Below are positions 41,754 through 54,118 of a DNA stretch of 64,000 bases, in pieces. How positions within the stretch are numbered: the first letter of the stretch is position 1; each line of letters begins with the position of its first letter. The translations under genes and the position numbers were made by a program. Source of the stretch: an uncultured Verrucomicrobiae bacterium (GTDB taxonomy: Bacteria > Verrucomicrobiota > Verrucomicrobiia > Chthoniobacterales > UBA10450); contig CAWDGJ010000003.1 in the NCBI GenBank assembly GCA_963801815.1, positions 384,001 through 448,000 of the forward strand, written 5' to 3'. The notes under the pieces are model-generated. The model searched no databases and had not been told where the DNA came from. It worked only from the letters and a program-made list of their open reading frames with translations.

Positions 41754-42686
41754 ATGGCAAAGAAAGTCGCGCTGTTGTTTTCGGGACAAGGTGCACAGAT
41801 CGTGGGGATGGGAAAGGATTTGGCGGAACAATTCCCGGTTGCGGCCGCCGTGTTTCGGAAAGCCGATGAAATTCTTGGCCGCAGTCTGGGCGACATTGCC
41901 TGGAACGGTCCGATCGAGGAGCTCACCAAGACCTCGAATTGTCAGCCGGCGCTCTTTGTTCACGGGCTAGCCTGTCTCGCAGTCTTGCGCGAGCTCTTCG
42001 GAGAATTTCCGGTTACTGGAGCTGCCGGTCTTTCGCTAGGCGAGCTCACTGCGCACGCTGCCGCGGGAACTTTTTCTTTTGAAGACGGAGTGCGGATTGT
42101 TCAAAAGCGCGGCGAACTGATGGATGAAGCTTGCGCCGCGACGGTTGGCGGGATGGCGGCGATGATCGGCGCGGACGAAAACGCCGTCCGTCAACTTGCT
42201 GATGATGAGGATGTCGACATCGCAAACATTAATTCGCCCGGCCAGATCGTCATTTCCGGTGAACTGGCGAAAGTTGAAGCCGCGGTCGCTGTCGCGAAGG
42301 AACACGGAATTCGGCGCGCGACGATGCTGAACGTAGCTGGCGCGTACCATTCGCGTTTGATGGAATCGGCTTACGAAAAGCTCGGCCCGGTGCTGTTGGA
42401 CGTTCAGATGCAGCTCCCCCAGTTCCCGGTCGTCAGCAACGTTACCGGCCGGGAAGTGAAAACCCTGCCCGAAATCCGCCAAACGTTGCAGGAACAAGTG
42501 ACCAGCACTGTGCGGTGGGCGGATTGCGTCCAGCGACTCATCGCGCTCGGTTGCGACACATTTATTGAACTTGGTCCCGGCGCTGTCCTCGCCGGTTTGG
42601 TCAAGCGTACAAGCAAGGACGTTGAAATCATCGCAGCGGGCGATGCCGAATCCGTTCGGGCTTGCGCCGGACTGGGCTTTACGTGA
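41754..42686 (+). CDS. fabD: Malonyl-CoA:ACP transacylase
   Basis: FSGQGAQ, GLSLGE, ANINS..Q, GAYHS, ELGPG. Confidence 0.95.
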   Translation: MAKKVALLFSGQGAQIVGMGKDLAEQFPVAAAVFRKADEILGRSLGDIAWNGPIEELTKTSNCQPALFVHGLACLAVLRELFGEFPVTGAAGLSLGELTAHAAAGTFSFEDGVRIVQKRGELMDEACAATVGGMAAMIGADENAVRQLADDEDVDIANINSPGQIVISGELAKVEAAVAVAKEHGIRRATMLNVAGAYHSRLMESAYEKLGPVLLDVQMQLPQFPVVSNVTGREVKTLPEIRQTLQEQVTSTVRWADCVQRLIALGCDTFIELGPGAVLAGLVKRTSKDVEIIAAGDAESVRACAGLGFT

Positions 42687-42806
42687 AAATGTCCGCCCCC
42701 GTGGAAGCATCGAGCGTCGCTATTCGTTAAGGTGAATCCGTGACGCAGAAGCTCTCGTCTTCACCGCAGTATCGACAATGACATTTCGTCGAGGTAATTT
42801 TCTGCC

Positions 42807-43262
42807 GTGAACTTGCCGCAGCGCGTCGATTCGGATTTGAAAACGGCGATGCGAGAGAAGAACGCAACGAAATTAGGCGTCCTCCGCTTGCTAAAAGCCG
42901 CGTTCATGAATGCGGCGATTGAAAAATCGGGCGCGCAAGGCGAACTCAACGACGCCGATACGACTCAAGTGATTCGGAAACAGGTAAAGCAGCGTCAGGA
43001 TTCGATCGAAAGTTTCGAAAAAGGCGGACGCGCGGACCTGGCGGCGAAAGAAAGAGAGGAGCTGTCGATCCTGCAATCATATTTGCCGCAGGCGATGAGC
43101 GCGGATGAGATTTCCGAAGTTGTGCGTGAAACGATCACCGAAGTTGGCGCGACTTCGAAAGCGCAAATGGGCGTGGTGATGAAAGCGTTACAAGCGAAAG
43201 TGGCGGGCCGAGCCGACGGCAAGACTTTGAGCGCGGAAGTGCAGCGGCAGTTACAAGGTTAA
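42807..43262 (+). CDS. GatB/YqeY domain protein
   Basis: LKTAMR, KQRQDSIESF..GGR, YLP, GRADGK. Confidence 0.93.
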   Translation: MNLPQRVDSDLKTAMREKNATKLGVLRLLKAAFMNAAIEKSGAQGELNDADTTQVIRKQVKQRQDSIESFEKGGRADLAAKEREELSILQSYLPQAMSADEISEVVRETITEVGATSKAQMGVVMKALQAKVAGRADGKTLSAEVQRQLQG

Positions 43263-43324
43263 AAACCTTACAAAGGCTAAAAAGGAGCTTCTTGTAACCT
43301 TGTAACTTTTGTAACCATTTCAAC
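43250..43324. repeat. GTTACAAG/CTTGTAAC inverted-repeat element
   Basis: GTTACAAGGTTAA..TTACAAAG opposite CTTGTAACCTTGTAACTTTTGTAAC; overlaps the yqeY-like stop; related copy at 45895-45970. Confidence 0.75.
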
Positions 43325-44011
43325 ATGCTAAGCGCCATCATCGTCGCCGCCGGCAGCAGCGAACGAATGGGTTTCGACAAACTGTTCGCCCTTGTCAGCG
43401 GGAGACCGGTGATCGCGCACACTATCGCGGCCTTTGAGAGCACCACGTGCGTTGATGAAATCATTTTGGTTGGGCGCGCCGAGAGTCTTGGCGAATTAGG
43501 GAAAACCATCGGCAACCCCACGAAAGTGAAGCAAATCGTCGCAGGCGGCGCAGAACGCAGCGATTCTGTTCGCGCCGGTCTCGATCATGTCGATCCTAAA
43601 TCCGATTTCGTCGCGGTGCACGACGCCGCGCGACCGATGATCACTCCCGAAAAAATCACGCGCGTGTTTGAAGCCGCCCGGACAAACAGCGCGGCCACGC
43701 TGGCCGAGCCGATCAACGACACGCTTAAACGCGTGGATGTCGATCTTGTTGTCACCGGCCCGGTGGACCGCAACGGAGTTTATGCGATGCAAACGCCGCA
43801 GGTGTTTGAGAAAAAATTACTCGAGGAGGCGTACGATCTGGTGGCGAAGAAGAAAATCTCGGTCACTGACGAAGTTTCGGCGGTCGAGCTTCTTGGTCGT
43901 AAAATCGTTCTGGTTCCAAACCACGATTTCAATTTCAAAATCACCTATCCGCGCGATCTGCCACTGGCCGAATTCGTTTTGAAACAACGCGCGGCGGCCA
44001 CGCGCCGTTAA
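43325..44011 (+). CDS. ispD: 2-C-methyl-D-erythritol 4-phosphate cytidylyltransferase
   Basis: AAGSSERMG, GGAERSDSV, VHDAARP, QTPQ, KITYPRDL. Confidence 0.96.
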   Translation: MLSAIIVAAGSSERMGFDKLFALVSGRPVIAHTIAAFESTTCVDEIILVGRAESLGELGKTIGNPTKVKQIVAGGAERSDSVRAGLDHVDPKSDFVAVHDAARPMITPEKITRVFEAARTNSAATLAEPINDTLKRVDVDLVVTGPVDRNGVYAMQTPQVFEKKLLEEAYDLVAKKKISVTDEVSAVELLGRKIVLVPNHDFNFKITYPRDLPLAEFVLKQRAAATRR

Positions 44012-44065
44012 CCGACAGTCGGGCGAACAATCGAGATTCACTGCATCCGCAGAGATGATTCCGCG

Positions 44066-45058
44066 CTAAGTCAGCATCGGATCGATTGGGACAAGCGGGC
44101 GAATCAGCTCGACGATCGCGGGGATGTCCTTGGATTTGAACGGGCGGCCGTGGCGTTTCACTTTTGTGTTCTCTAATTCACTGACGCGCAAAACTTTTCC
44201 GTGTTTCCAGATCCAGGCATCGGGATTGTAGGGACCGACTCGGCGCGGATTGGTCCAGGTGTGGATCGACAGCAAGCGATCGTTCACTGCCGCCGCGATG
44301 TGCATCGGCCCGCTATCAACACTGATGACGAACTTCGCGACGCGAATTAGCCGGATTAATTGCAGCAGCGAAGTCTGGTTGGTGAGCTCAACGCAATTTT
44401 CGGCAACCTCAGCGACATCGATCTGGCGATTTGTTTTTCCAACGACGACAACGCGCGTCGGGGCGAATGCGAGGCAGATTTCTTCGATGACACGGTTCGT
44501 TAGCGATTTTCCGCTTCCGCGCGCAAACGGGTGCAACAAGATGAATGGCGGATATTCATCGAACCGTGGCAACGCGTCGCCAGTGGGAAGCGGACAGCGA
44601 AGCGCATCGCCAATTCTTGCACCGACTAGCTCAGCGAGCTTGAGATATCGCTCGACCGCGTGTTCGCGGCGATTCACTTTGGCGGTCTTGCTGTAAAAGA
44701 ACCGCGAGCCTTCGCGTCCATCGCTCATTCCGTAAACTTCTTTCGCGCCGCTCATTCGCGCGATGAACGCGCTGCGCAATAGTCCCTGAAAATCGAGGGC
44801 AAGATCGGGCTTTAGTTTTCGAGTCTCCTTGAGCCAGGGCCCGAATCGGGCCGGCGCGCCGAGTCCGCTGAAATCGCGCCGCGGAAAGACGTGAATATGG
44901 TTCACGTCCGAATTTCCACGAAGCAATGGCGTGAATTCCGGGTTCATTACCCACGTGATCCGCGCTTTCGGATGCGCTTCGCGGATGGCTGCTACCGCTG
45001 GCAAGGTGTGAACGATGTCGCCGAGCGAACTGGGTTTAATGACTAGAATCGAGTTCAC
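44066..45058 (-). CDS. Glycosyltransferase family 9 (LPS heptosyltransferase-like)
   Basis: IKPSSLGDIVH, DFQGLLRS, HAVERY, DSGPMHIAAA. Confidence 0.93.
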   Translation of the reverse strand: MNSILVIKPSSLGDIVHTLPAVAAIREAHPKARITWVMNPEFTPLLRGNSDVNHIHVFPRRDFSGLGAPARFGPWLKETRKLKPDLALDFQGLLRSAFIARMSGAKEVYGMSDGREGSRFFYSKTAKVNRREHAVERYLKLAELVGARIGDALRCPLPTGDALPRFDEYPPFILLHPFARGSGKSLTNRVIEEICLAFAPTRVVVVGKTNRQIDVAEVAENCVELTNQTSLLQLIRLIRVAKFVISVDSGPMHIAAAVNDRLLSIHTWTNPRRVGPYNPDAWIWKHGKVLRVSELENTKVKRHGRPFKSKDIPAIVELIRPLVPIDPMLT

Positions 45059-45166
45059 AATTGCACGACGAGGGTCACGAAGAGCACGAAGGTTAAATCA
45101 GACGATAAAAAACTGAAGGGAATTCGGGGATTTCTTTCTCGTCACACGTCGCCTGTCACTCATCAC

Positions 45167-45892
45167 TTATCTTCCAATGGCAAGCCGTTCGGCCAATAAG
45201 CGTGGCAGGCCCGCGTCGATAATTTTCTTCTGCGCAGTAGCAACATCGTATTTGAGCCGGCGTTGTTCGACTACGTTGCTCTCGACGTCATAAATGCAAT
45301 ACGCGGCATGCCAATCGCCGTCGCGCGGCTGGCCCACACTGCCAACATTGATGAAATATTTTTTGCCAACGTCGATCCTCAGTTTGTCGAATTGCTGACG
45401 CTGCACGCCGTCCTCACCTCGGGTGAACACCATTGGCACGTGGGTATGCCCGAAAAAGCAAACCGTTGTCTGCTGAAAGGTGAAACTCGCGGCGGCGTCG
45501 AGGTTGTTAAAGACGTAGTCCCATTGCTCCGGCGCATCGAGCGTGGCGTGCACGATGGTGAAATCGCGCACCTGGCGTTTTAATTTCAGGTCGCGCAGCC
45601 ATTGTTTGTCTTCGTCGGTCAAATGGTCGCGCGTCCACTGGATCGCGGCTTCGGCCATTTCGTTGAAATCACGGGACGATTCAACGAGCGACGCCTGTTC
45701 GTCGTGATTGCCTTTAACGGTTGGGCAATCCATTTCCCGCACACGCTCAACGCACTCGTGCGGATTTGCGTTGTAACCGACGACGTCACCGAGGCACACG
45801 AAGTCGGTGCATTTGTTGTCGTGCGCGTCGGCCAGCACGGCATCAAACGCCTCGAGATTGGCATGAATGTCACTGATAATCGCAAAGCGCAT
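45167..45892 (-). CDS. Metallophosphoesterase
   Basis: SDIHAN, LGDVVGY, GNHD, GHTH, NVGSVGQPRDG. Confidence 0.95.
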   Translation of the reverse strand: MRFAIISDIHANLEAFDAVLADAHDNKCTDFVCLGDVVGYNANPHECVERVREMDCPTVKGNHDEQASLVESSRDFNEMAEAAIQWTRDHLTDEDKQWLRDLKLKRQVRDFTIVHATLDAPEQWDYVFNNLDAAASFTFQQTTVCFFGHTHVPMVFTRGEDGVQRQQFDKLRIDVGKKYFINVGSVGQPRDGDWHAAYCIYDVESNVVEQRRLKYDVATAQKKIIDAGLPRLLAERLAIGR

Positions 45893-45968
45893 CGATTAAG
45901 AGACGTTAAAAGGGTTACAACGTTACAAGGTTAAAACGGCAACACAATTCAACGATGTAGCGATGTAA

Positions 45969-46727
45969 CTATTTAACCAGGTCCGGAATGCGTTGGTTCG
46001 GCGGGATATTCAGTTTGGCTTCGAGATATTTCAGGCGGTTGACGAGCATCGGCAGATGTTCGCTTTCGCTTTCGTCGTATAGCCGGCGCAATTGGATGTA
46101 GGCCTGCGCTTCCCAACCTTGGCAATACGAGAGCTCGTAGGCAGAAAACCGCCGGTCGTAATTCGGCGCGCCCGGACAGTCCGCCGCTTTCCGGAAAAAT
46201 TCCGATGCGCGCGCGTGGTCGTCGTATTTGTCGCGATAAAGTCGAGCGAGCGATTCGTAGAGTCTCGGATCCTTTGGATTATTTTTGATCCCGCGTTCGA
46301 GGAAGTCTTTGCCGATCGCGAAATAATCGCGTTGCGCTTTCACACGCAAAGCCTGGCGCGGCTGAGACGGGTCGTTCAAGGCGGCCGCGCTGGCGTTCCA
46401 GGCCATGTGCCACGCCGCCATGTCCCAGAAAAGGGGAACGTGCGGTTGTAACGCCGTGACTTGGCGAAACAAAAACAAGACGCGGCCCCATTCCGTCCGC
46501 TGCCAGGCCACGTGCGCTTGAACAAACAAAAGGTCCGCCAGCATCGCGCGAAATCCGCTCAGCGCGGCCACGAAACCGACCTGTCCGATCTTTTCGCGCA
46601 GATTGAGATTGGATTCCGCATCCGCGAAACGTGATTGTCGATGTTCGAGAGTGAGCGCACGTTCTGCCGGCAATTTCAAAACGCCGAAGATGAGGATCGT
46701 TGTGAGGGCAAGGAGTGCGCGGGTCAT
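45969..46727 (-). CDS. Membrane-anchored TPR-like hypothetical protein in an ABC operon
   Basis: N-terminal TM, helical repeats (FLERGIKNNP); overlaps the permease stop. Confidence 0.7.
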   Translation of the reverse strand: MTRALLALTTILIFGVLKLPAERALTLEHRQSRFADAESNLNLREKIGQVGFVAALSGFRAMLADLLFVQAHVAWQRTEWGRVLFLFRQVTALQPHVPLFWDMAAWHMAWNASAAALNDPSQPRQALRVKAQRDYFAIGKDFLERGIKNNPKDPRLYESLARLYRDKYDDHARASEFFRKAADCPGAPNYDRRFSAYELSYCQGWEAQAYIQLRRLYDESESEHLPMLVNRLKYLEAKLNIPPNQRIPDLVK

Positions 46728-47626
46728 AATTCTTTGCCGGAGAAAATGAACATTGCCGCCACTGTGTAGATCACGATGTAAACAATCCCGAGCAACCCTA
46801 TTCTGGTGAAGATTGCCATCGGGATCACCGCGCCGGCGACAATGTCATCGACGAGATTGAACGCTTGCAGGTCGGGAAAAATCAGCGCGATCAGTGCTAA
46901 AAATCCGCGGGTCATCCAATTTGCCTGCGGTTGTTGCAGCCAATATTCGCGCGCGATCGGCTGCAAATGACCGATGAAATAAACGAACACCATCACCACG
47001 ATGGTAAAAATGTTCGTCGTCGCGAAGGTTGAAACAAGGAGCGTCAGCGCCGCGAGTAAACACCCTTTCAAGAAGATCACCGCGACGCCAATGAAGAGAT
47101 TGCTGGTAAGACCGGAGGCGCGAATGGCGTTCAACGCATCATCGAGTTGTCCGGGCGGCGCGCTGTTCATTTGGCGAACGGTGTCGTTGAGCACGGTTTC
47201 TTCGCGAAAATAGAGGACGGCTGCAAACAGCAGAGTCATCACCGCAATGCTGATCGCGAGAAGAAGCAGAACGCCGCAAAGTTTACCGAGAATGTATTCA
47301 AACCGGGGCACCGGCTTCGCCAAAATCGTGTAAATTGTCCGGTCCTCGATGTCCTGAGGAATGAGGCGCGCGGCCGCAACGATCGCGAGTATTGAACTAA
47401 AGATCGACATCGCCCCAAGCGATACGTCTTTCAAGATTTGGAATTCCTCTTGGAACGTGAATCTCGCCATAAAAACCGAGCTCCCAATCAGGATCAGCGC
47501 AAAAATCATCAAGACGTAGAAAACCCTTTGGCGTGTTAGTTCCGTCAACGTGTTGGTGGCGATCGCCAGCACGCGCCGGGGCGAAAATTTCCGATACCCA
47601 GTCTTTGTGGCATTTCGTTTGGTCAT
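46724..47626 (-). CDS. ABC-2 type transporter permease
   Basis: DIEDRTIYTILAKPVPRFEYILGK; six TMs. Confidence 0.9.
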   Translation of the reverse strand: MTKRNATKTGYRKFSPRRVLAIATNTLTELTRQRVFYVLMIFALILIGSSVFMARFTFQEEFQILKDVSLGAMSIFSSILAIVAAARLIPQDIEDRTIYTILAKPVPRFEYILGKLCGVLLLLAISIAVMTLLFAAVLYFREETVLNDTVRQMNSAPPGQLDDALNAIRASGLTSNLFIGVAVIFLKGCLLAALTLLVSTFATTNIFTIVVMVFVYFIGHLQPIAREYWLQQPQANWMTRGFLALIALIFPDLQAFNLVDDIVAGAVIPMAIFTRIGLLGIVYIVIYTVAAMFIFSGKEL

Positions 47627-48477
47627 TTCGATTCCTGGCCAGAGGTAGCGTCGAGAAATAATCGTTCGAGGGTCGTTGCGGATTTCCGGCGCTCGATCAC
47701 CTTCGTCTTCGACTTGGCCGCGAGTTTTTCGATGTCCTTTATCAGTTTGTCGGGCGCGCTTTCCAGGACGAGTTCCGTCCGGTCCTCAATCGCGAGCAAT
47801 TCTTCGAGATGTCCTTCGCGAACCAGCGTACCTTTCGCGAGGATGCCGACGCGATCGCAAATTTCCTGCACTTGTCCGAGCAGATGCGAAGAGAGTAGTA
47901 CTGTCACGCCACGCTTTTTAAGATCGACAATGAGATTGCGAATATCGCGCGAGCCAGCTGGGTCAACGCCGGCGGTCGGTTCGTCGAGCACGATGAGGGC
48001 CGGTTCGTTGATCAACGCCTGCGCCAAACCAATTCGCTGCAACATCCCTTTGGAATACGTGCTAAGTCGTTGGTTTCGAGCATCGGTTAAGCCGACCAGG
48101 TCGAGCAGTTCCTGAACCCGGTCCTTCAAGTCCGAACCGCGCAATCCGCAAAGTTTGCCGAAGAATCGAAGCGTCTCCGCGCCGGTGAGGAATTTGTAGA
48201 AATACGGGTTCTCGGGGAGAAACCCGACCGATTCGTGCGTTGCGACTTCGGAGCTGTTGCTTCCGAAGATTTGTGTTCGTCCGCTGGTCGGCGAAACGAT
48301 ACCGAGAATCATTTTGAGCGTCGTGCTTTTGCCCGAACCATTTGGTCCAAGCAATCCGTAAACTTCGCCGGTCTCGACGCGCAGATTCAGATCGCGCACG
48401 GCAGTGATTGACTGTTTGCGAAACGGAATTCGAAAGACCTTCGTCAGACCTTCGACCGAGACCGCAAGGTCAGTCAT
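47623..48477 (-). CDS. ABC transporter ATP-binding protein
   Basis: GPNGSGKST, YSKGM, LDEPT, SSH. Confidence 0.96.
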   Translation of the reverse strand: MTDLAVSVEGLTKVFRIPFRKQSITAVRDLNLRVETGEVYGLLGPNGSGKSTTLKMILGIVSPTSGRTQIFGSNSSEVATHESVGFLPENPYFYKFLTGAETLRFFGKLCGLRGSDLKDRVQELLDLVGLTDARNQRLSTYSKGMLQRIGLAQALINEPALIVLDEPTAGVDPAGSRDIRNLIVDLKKRGVTVLLSSHLLGQVQEICDRVGILAKGTLVREGHLEELLAIEDRTELVLESAPDKLIKDIEKLAAKSKTKVIERRKSATTLERLFLDATSGQESK

Positions 48478-48745
48478 GGCGAATGTCGAAACCGCGGGCC
48501 CGCACCGGTTCAGCGAGGGCCGCGCGTAATTGTTTGTCGATGTGCGAACGTAGTTCGCTTTCCATCACCGAATCCAGGAACGCGAAAACTTCGCTTTCGA
48601 TGCCGGCAACCTGAAGTTCGACGCGACCGTCAGGAAGATTTCGCACCCAGCCGATTACATCAAAGCCTTTGGCAATTTGCCGGATCGTCCATCGAAACCC
48701 AACGCCCTGGACATTGCCCTCGTAAAAAACCTGGAGCGAGATCAT
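48470..48745 (-). CDS. acyP: Acylphosphatase
   Basis: GNVQGVGFR, GWVRNLPDGRVE. Confidence 0.95.
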   Translation of the reverse strand: MISLQVFYEGNVQGVGFRWTIRQIAKGFDVIGWVRNLPDGRVELQVAGIESEVFAFLDSVMESELRSHIDKQLRAALAEPVRARGFDIRHD

Positions 48746-48805
48746 GCGAAAGGGGACTCATCTTAAACAGAATGGCGCGCGCGCGAAAAGTCTAATGCGC
48801 GCAGG

Positions 48806-49263
48806 CTATTTGTACGAATACACGAGGCAAACGCTGCCCTCGTTGCCTTCGACCAACTCGACCATCACGTAATATTGACCGCTGCTGGTCGGCGAGAATC
48901 CGGCGGCCGCTTTTTCGCCTTCGTTGTAGTTTTCCGTCTCCACCAGCTTGCCGGTTTCGTCGTAAACGCTGACCGCAAGTTTCTTTGCGGCATCGGTCGC
49001 GCCGACTGAAAACCAATACTGGTTTCCGGCGTAGAGATTTACCGCAACCAACACGTGGTCGTGTGGCTTGATGGTTCCCGACCAGTGGCCGTCGCGCATT
49101 TTGAACCCTTCGTTCGAAAACGCACCGGCCAAATCGAGCGCAGCCTTGCGCGCGTTAACTTCGGAATCGCTTTCCGGCGCGGCGAACGCGGTCGCTCCCG
49201 CCAAAATCATTGCGAGGAAGATCGATCCGCTTACGCGCAAGGCTCCGGCGTGACAGGGCCACT

Positions 49264-49267
<4 letters not shown>
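48806..49267 (-). CDS. Secreted hypothetical protein (beta-sandwich-like)
   Basis: Signal peptide ending AFA; ATGA overlap with the upstream gene. Confidence 0.75.
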
Positions 49268-51554
<2,287 letters not shown>

Positions 51555-51556
51555 AC

Positions 51557-51617
51557 TGGAGGGACGACCTCCGTGTCGTCCATTTTCCTTGAGGACGGGA
51601 CGGAGCCCGTCCCTCCA
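51557..51617. repeat. REP-like GGAG palindrome
   Basis: TGGAGGGACG...CGTCCCTCCA. Confidence 0.8.
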
Positions 51618-51672
51618 CTTTTCAGAACGAACTTGGTGACAAAGCGATTTACGGCGGTAATGTCCGCTGAAA

Positions 51673-52032
51673 GTGGATTACACAGATTTCCGCGCGCGAC
51701 GCGAAGCTTCCGTTTGGCAGCGTTGGAATCGTGTCCTTCTGACGCTTCTTTTTCTCGCGGCCTGGCTCGTGATCGTGAGTCTCTTCGTCCCGCCCTACAA
51801 AAAGCTGAAACTCGGCCACGAAGACATCGATAAGCTTCAGGCCCAACGCGACGAGCAACAGATGTTGCTCGCCAAGCAAACGCGCGAAGTAAATCTCCTC
51901 AAGACCGATCCCGTTTACCTGGAAACGATCGCGCGCGATCGTCTTGATCTAATGAAAGACGGCGAAACCATTTTCCGAATCGAGTCCGCCGCTGCGCAAG
52001 CCGACAAGCGCAAAGAGTCCGCGCGGCGGTAA
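51673..52032 (+). CDS. ftsB: Septum formation initiator FtsB/DivIC
   Basis: TM, coiled coil, YLETIARDRL.L.KDGE; downstream of eno. Confidence 0.85.
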   Translation: MDYTDFRARREASVWQRWNRVLLTLLFLAAWLVIVSLFVPPYKKLKLGHEDIDKLQAQRDEQQMLLAKQTREVNLLKTDPVYLETIARDRLDLMKDGETIFRIESAAAQADKRKESARR

Positions 52033-52171
52033 TTCTGGGGAGCGCACGCGCCTCGCGTGCTCATTTCGGCGCCCTCGCCGAAATGCTCTTTTACAAACGC
52101 AGACGGGATCAGAAAAGTTCCCGATGGCGAGGCGCCATCGACAGCACGCGAGGCGCGTGCGCTCCCCAGAA
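52033..52171. repeat. Multi-stem element with perfect 29-bp terminal inverted repeats
   Basis: TTCTGGGGAGCGCACGCGCCTCGCGTGCT and its exact reverse complement at 52143-52171; two internal hairpins; followed by a lone family A right arm (52180-52240). Confidence 0.9.
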
Positions 52172-52279
52172 GAGTCCGATTTTGAGCTTTGGTTATTCGG
52201 ATTTGTTTCGATATTCGACATTCGGATTTCGGATTTCGAGAGTGCATGACAAAATAGCGTCCGCGATTATCTTGCCCCC

Positions 52280-53417
52280 ATGCCTACAGAAACCACCGTT
52301 GACGCCGAAGATTTGAAATCGCGCGTGCGCGAGCTGCGGAGGTTTCTTTGACCTGCCCAAATTGCAGGAAAAGCTGACCGCGCTCGAAGCGCGGATGGCA
52401 GCGCCCGATTTTTGGAACAATCGCGAGCGCGCCCAGACCGATGTCGATGAAGTCTCGCGTCTGCGCTCGTTGATCAATCCTTTCCACGAGCTCGAACGTG
52501 AGATCGAAGACTTCGACGCGCTCCACCAACTCGCCGCCGAAGAGAAGAATGACGCGCACCGCGCACAGGCCGAGCGCGAAGTCGCTACTGAGCACGATCG
52601 TCTAGCTCACAAACTCGAGGAATTTGAGCTGCGCCAGTTTCTTTCCGGCGAGAGCGATCGCAACAACGCGTTTCTCACCATTCATTCCGGCGCCGGCGGC
52701 ACCGAATCGTGCGATTGGGCCGACATGCTCCTGCGCATGTATCAGCGCTGGATCGAGCGAAGCGGTTTGAAGTCGCAGATTGTAGATGTCCAGACCGGCG
52801 AAGAAGTCGGGATCAAATCGGTGACGCTGCTCGTGAGCGGCGAATACGCTTACGGTTATCTCCAAACCGAGCGCGGCGTGCATCGCCTGGTGCGGATTTC
52901 ACCATTCGATGCCAACAAACGCCGGCACACTTCGTTCTCCAGCGTCGATGTTGTTCCCGAGATCGCCGACACCGCGCCGGTCGAAGTCAATCCGGCCGAT
53001 CTCGAGATCGACACCTTCCGCAGCGGCGGCAAAGGCGGCCAAAACGTGAACAAAGTCGAAACCGCCGTTCGCATTTTGCACAAGCCGACCGGCATCGTGG
53101 TCGCGTGTCAGGCGGAACGCAGTCAGGGACGCAACCGCGAGCTCGCGCTCAAAATGTTGAAAGCGAAACTTTACCAAATCGAGCAGGACAAGAAACGCGC
53201 CGAGATCGACCGGCAATACGGCGAGAAAGGCGATATTGCATGGGGCAATCAAATTCGTTCCTACGTTTTTCAGCCGTATCAAATGGTCAAAGACCATCGC
53301 ACCGGCGCCGAGACCAGCAACGTCCAGGAAGTCATGGATGGCAAGATCGACAACTTCATCCAAGCAAAGCTTCGGGGGCAGAAAGCAGCGAAGGGTGAGA
53401 AGAGCGATGAAATTTAG
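52280..53417 (+). CDS. prfB: Peptide chain release factor 2 with programmed +1 frameshift
   Basis: ATG 52280; GGAGG-TTT-CTT-TGA-C at 52338-52352; SPF and GGQ motifs downstream. Confidence 0.97.
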
Positions 53418-53466
53418 ATTCAATAAATATTCGACCTCTGTTGCGATTTTTATTTAATTCTCGCCG

Positions 53467-53910
53467 ATGACCCTCCGGAGCTTTGGAAAACAAATTCTGG
53501 GAACTGTCATAGCAGTCGTCGCTGGCTGGCTGGGCTCGATCCTCGTGCTGAACGTCCACGCGTTTATTCAGATGATTCAAGAAGGGCACGTCGACTGGGA
53601 GTTGATTCTAGGCGGGTCACTCTTAACGAGTGCGTTCATGGCATATTTTATTATCCCAATCTGGCTTCTCGTCTTGATTCCCTTGTATCTATTTGTGCCT
53701 TCCTCTTCAGTTCTGTGGTGCTGGCCGGTTTGTACTGCTTGTGGTGCTATTGCTGGCGCGATAATCGTTAGCATCGCATTTGGCGGACTGCCGGGCTTAG
53801 GAAGAATTGCTACCGAGGCTTGGCCATTTCCTGTTATCGCCGCTGTCGTTGGTGGTATCGCTTGTTTGGTTGGTTCTCTGACGCGACAGCGCTTCAAGCA
53901 AACAAGCTGA
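53467..53910 (+). CDS. Four-TM hypothetical membrane protein
   Basis: 147 aa hydrophobic ORF, visibly more T-rich than its neighbours. Confidence 0.7.
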   Translation: MTLRSFGKQILGTVIAVVAGWLGSILVLNVHAFIQMIQEGHVDWELILGGSLLTSAFMAYFIIPIWLLVLIPLYLFVPSSSVLWCWPVCTACGAIAGAIIVSIAFGGLPGLGRIATEAWPFPVIAAVVGGIACLVGSLTRQRFKQTS

Positions 53911-53940
53911 GTAAGTCACCGCCTCGGCTGCTCAGTGCAT

Positions 53941-54043
53941 TGTCATTCCGAGCGTAGTCGAGAAATCTTTAAATATTTCTGTTTTAGATTCGCCGGTCAG
54001 CACGGAAACATCTAGAGATGTCTCGGCGTTGCTCGACATGACA
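53941..54043. repeat. Family B element
   Basis: TGTCATTCCGAGCG...CTCGACATGACA. Confidence 0.8.
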
Positions 54044-54050
54044 GAACGCG

Positions 54051-54118
54051 TTGTAGAGGCGCTTGCTCTCAAGCGCCTGTCTATTTAGTTCGGTGCTTGA
54101 GAACAAACACCGCTACAA
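54051..54118. repeat. REP-like GTAG palindrome
   Basis: TTGTAGAGGCGCTTG...CACCGCTACAA; contains the SprT-like gene's TAG. Confidence 0.8.

Noticed and set aside
42024..42044. FabD GLSLGE instead of GHSLGE as an inactive enzyme
   Set aside because: The catalytic Ser and the downstream His motif (GAYHS) are retained
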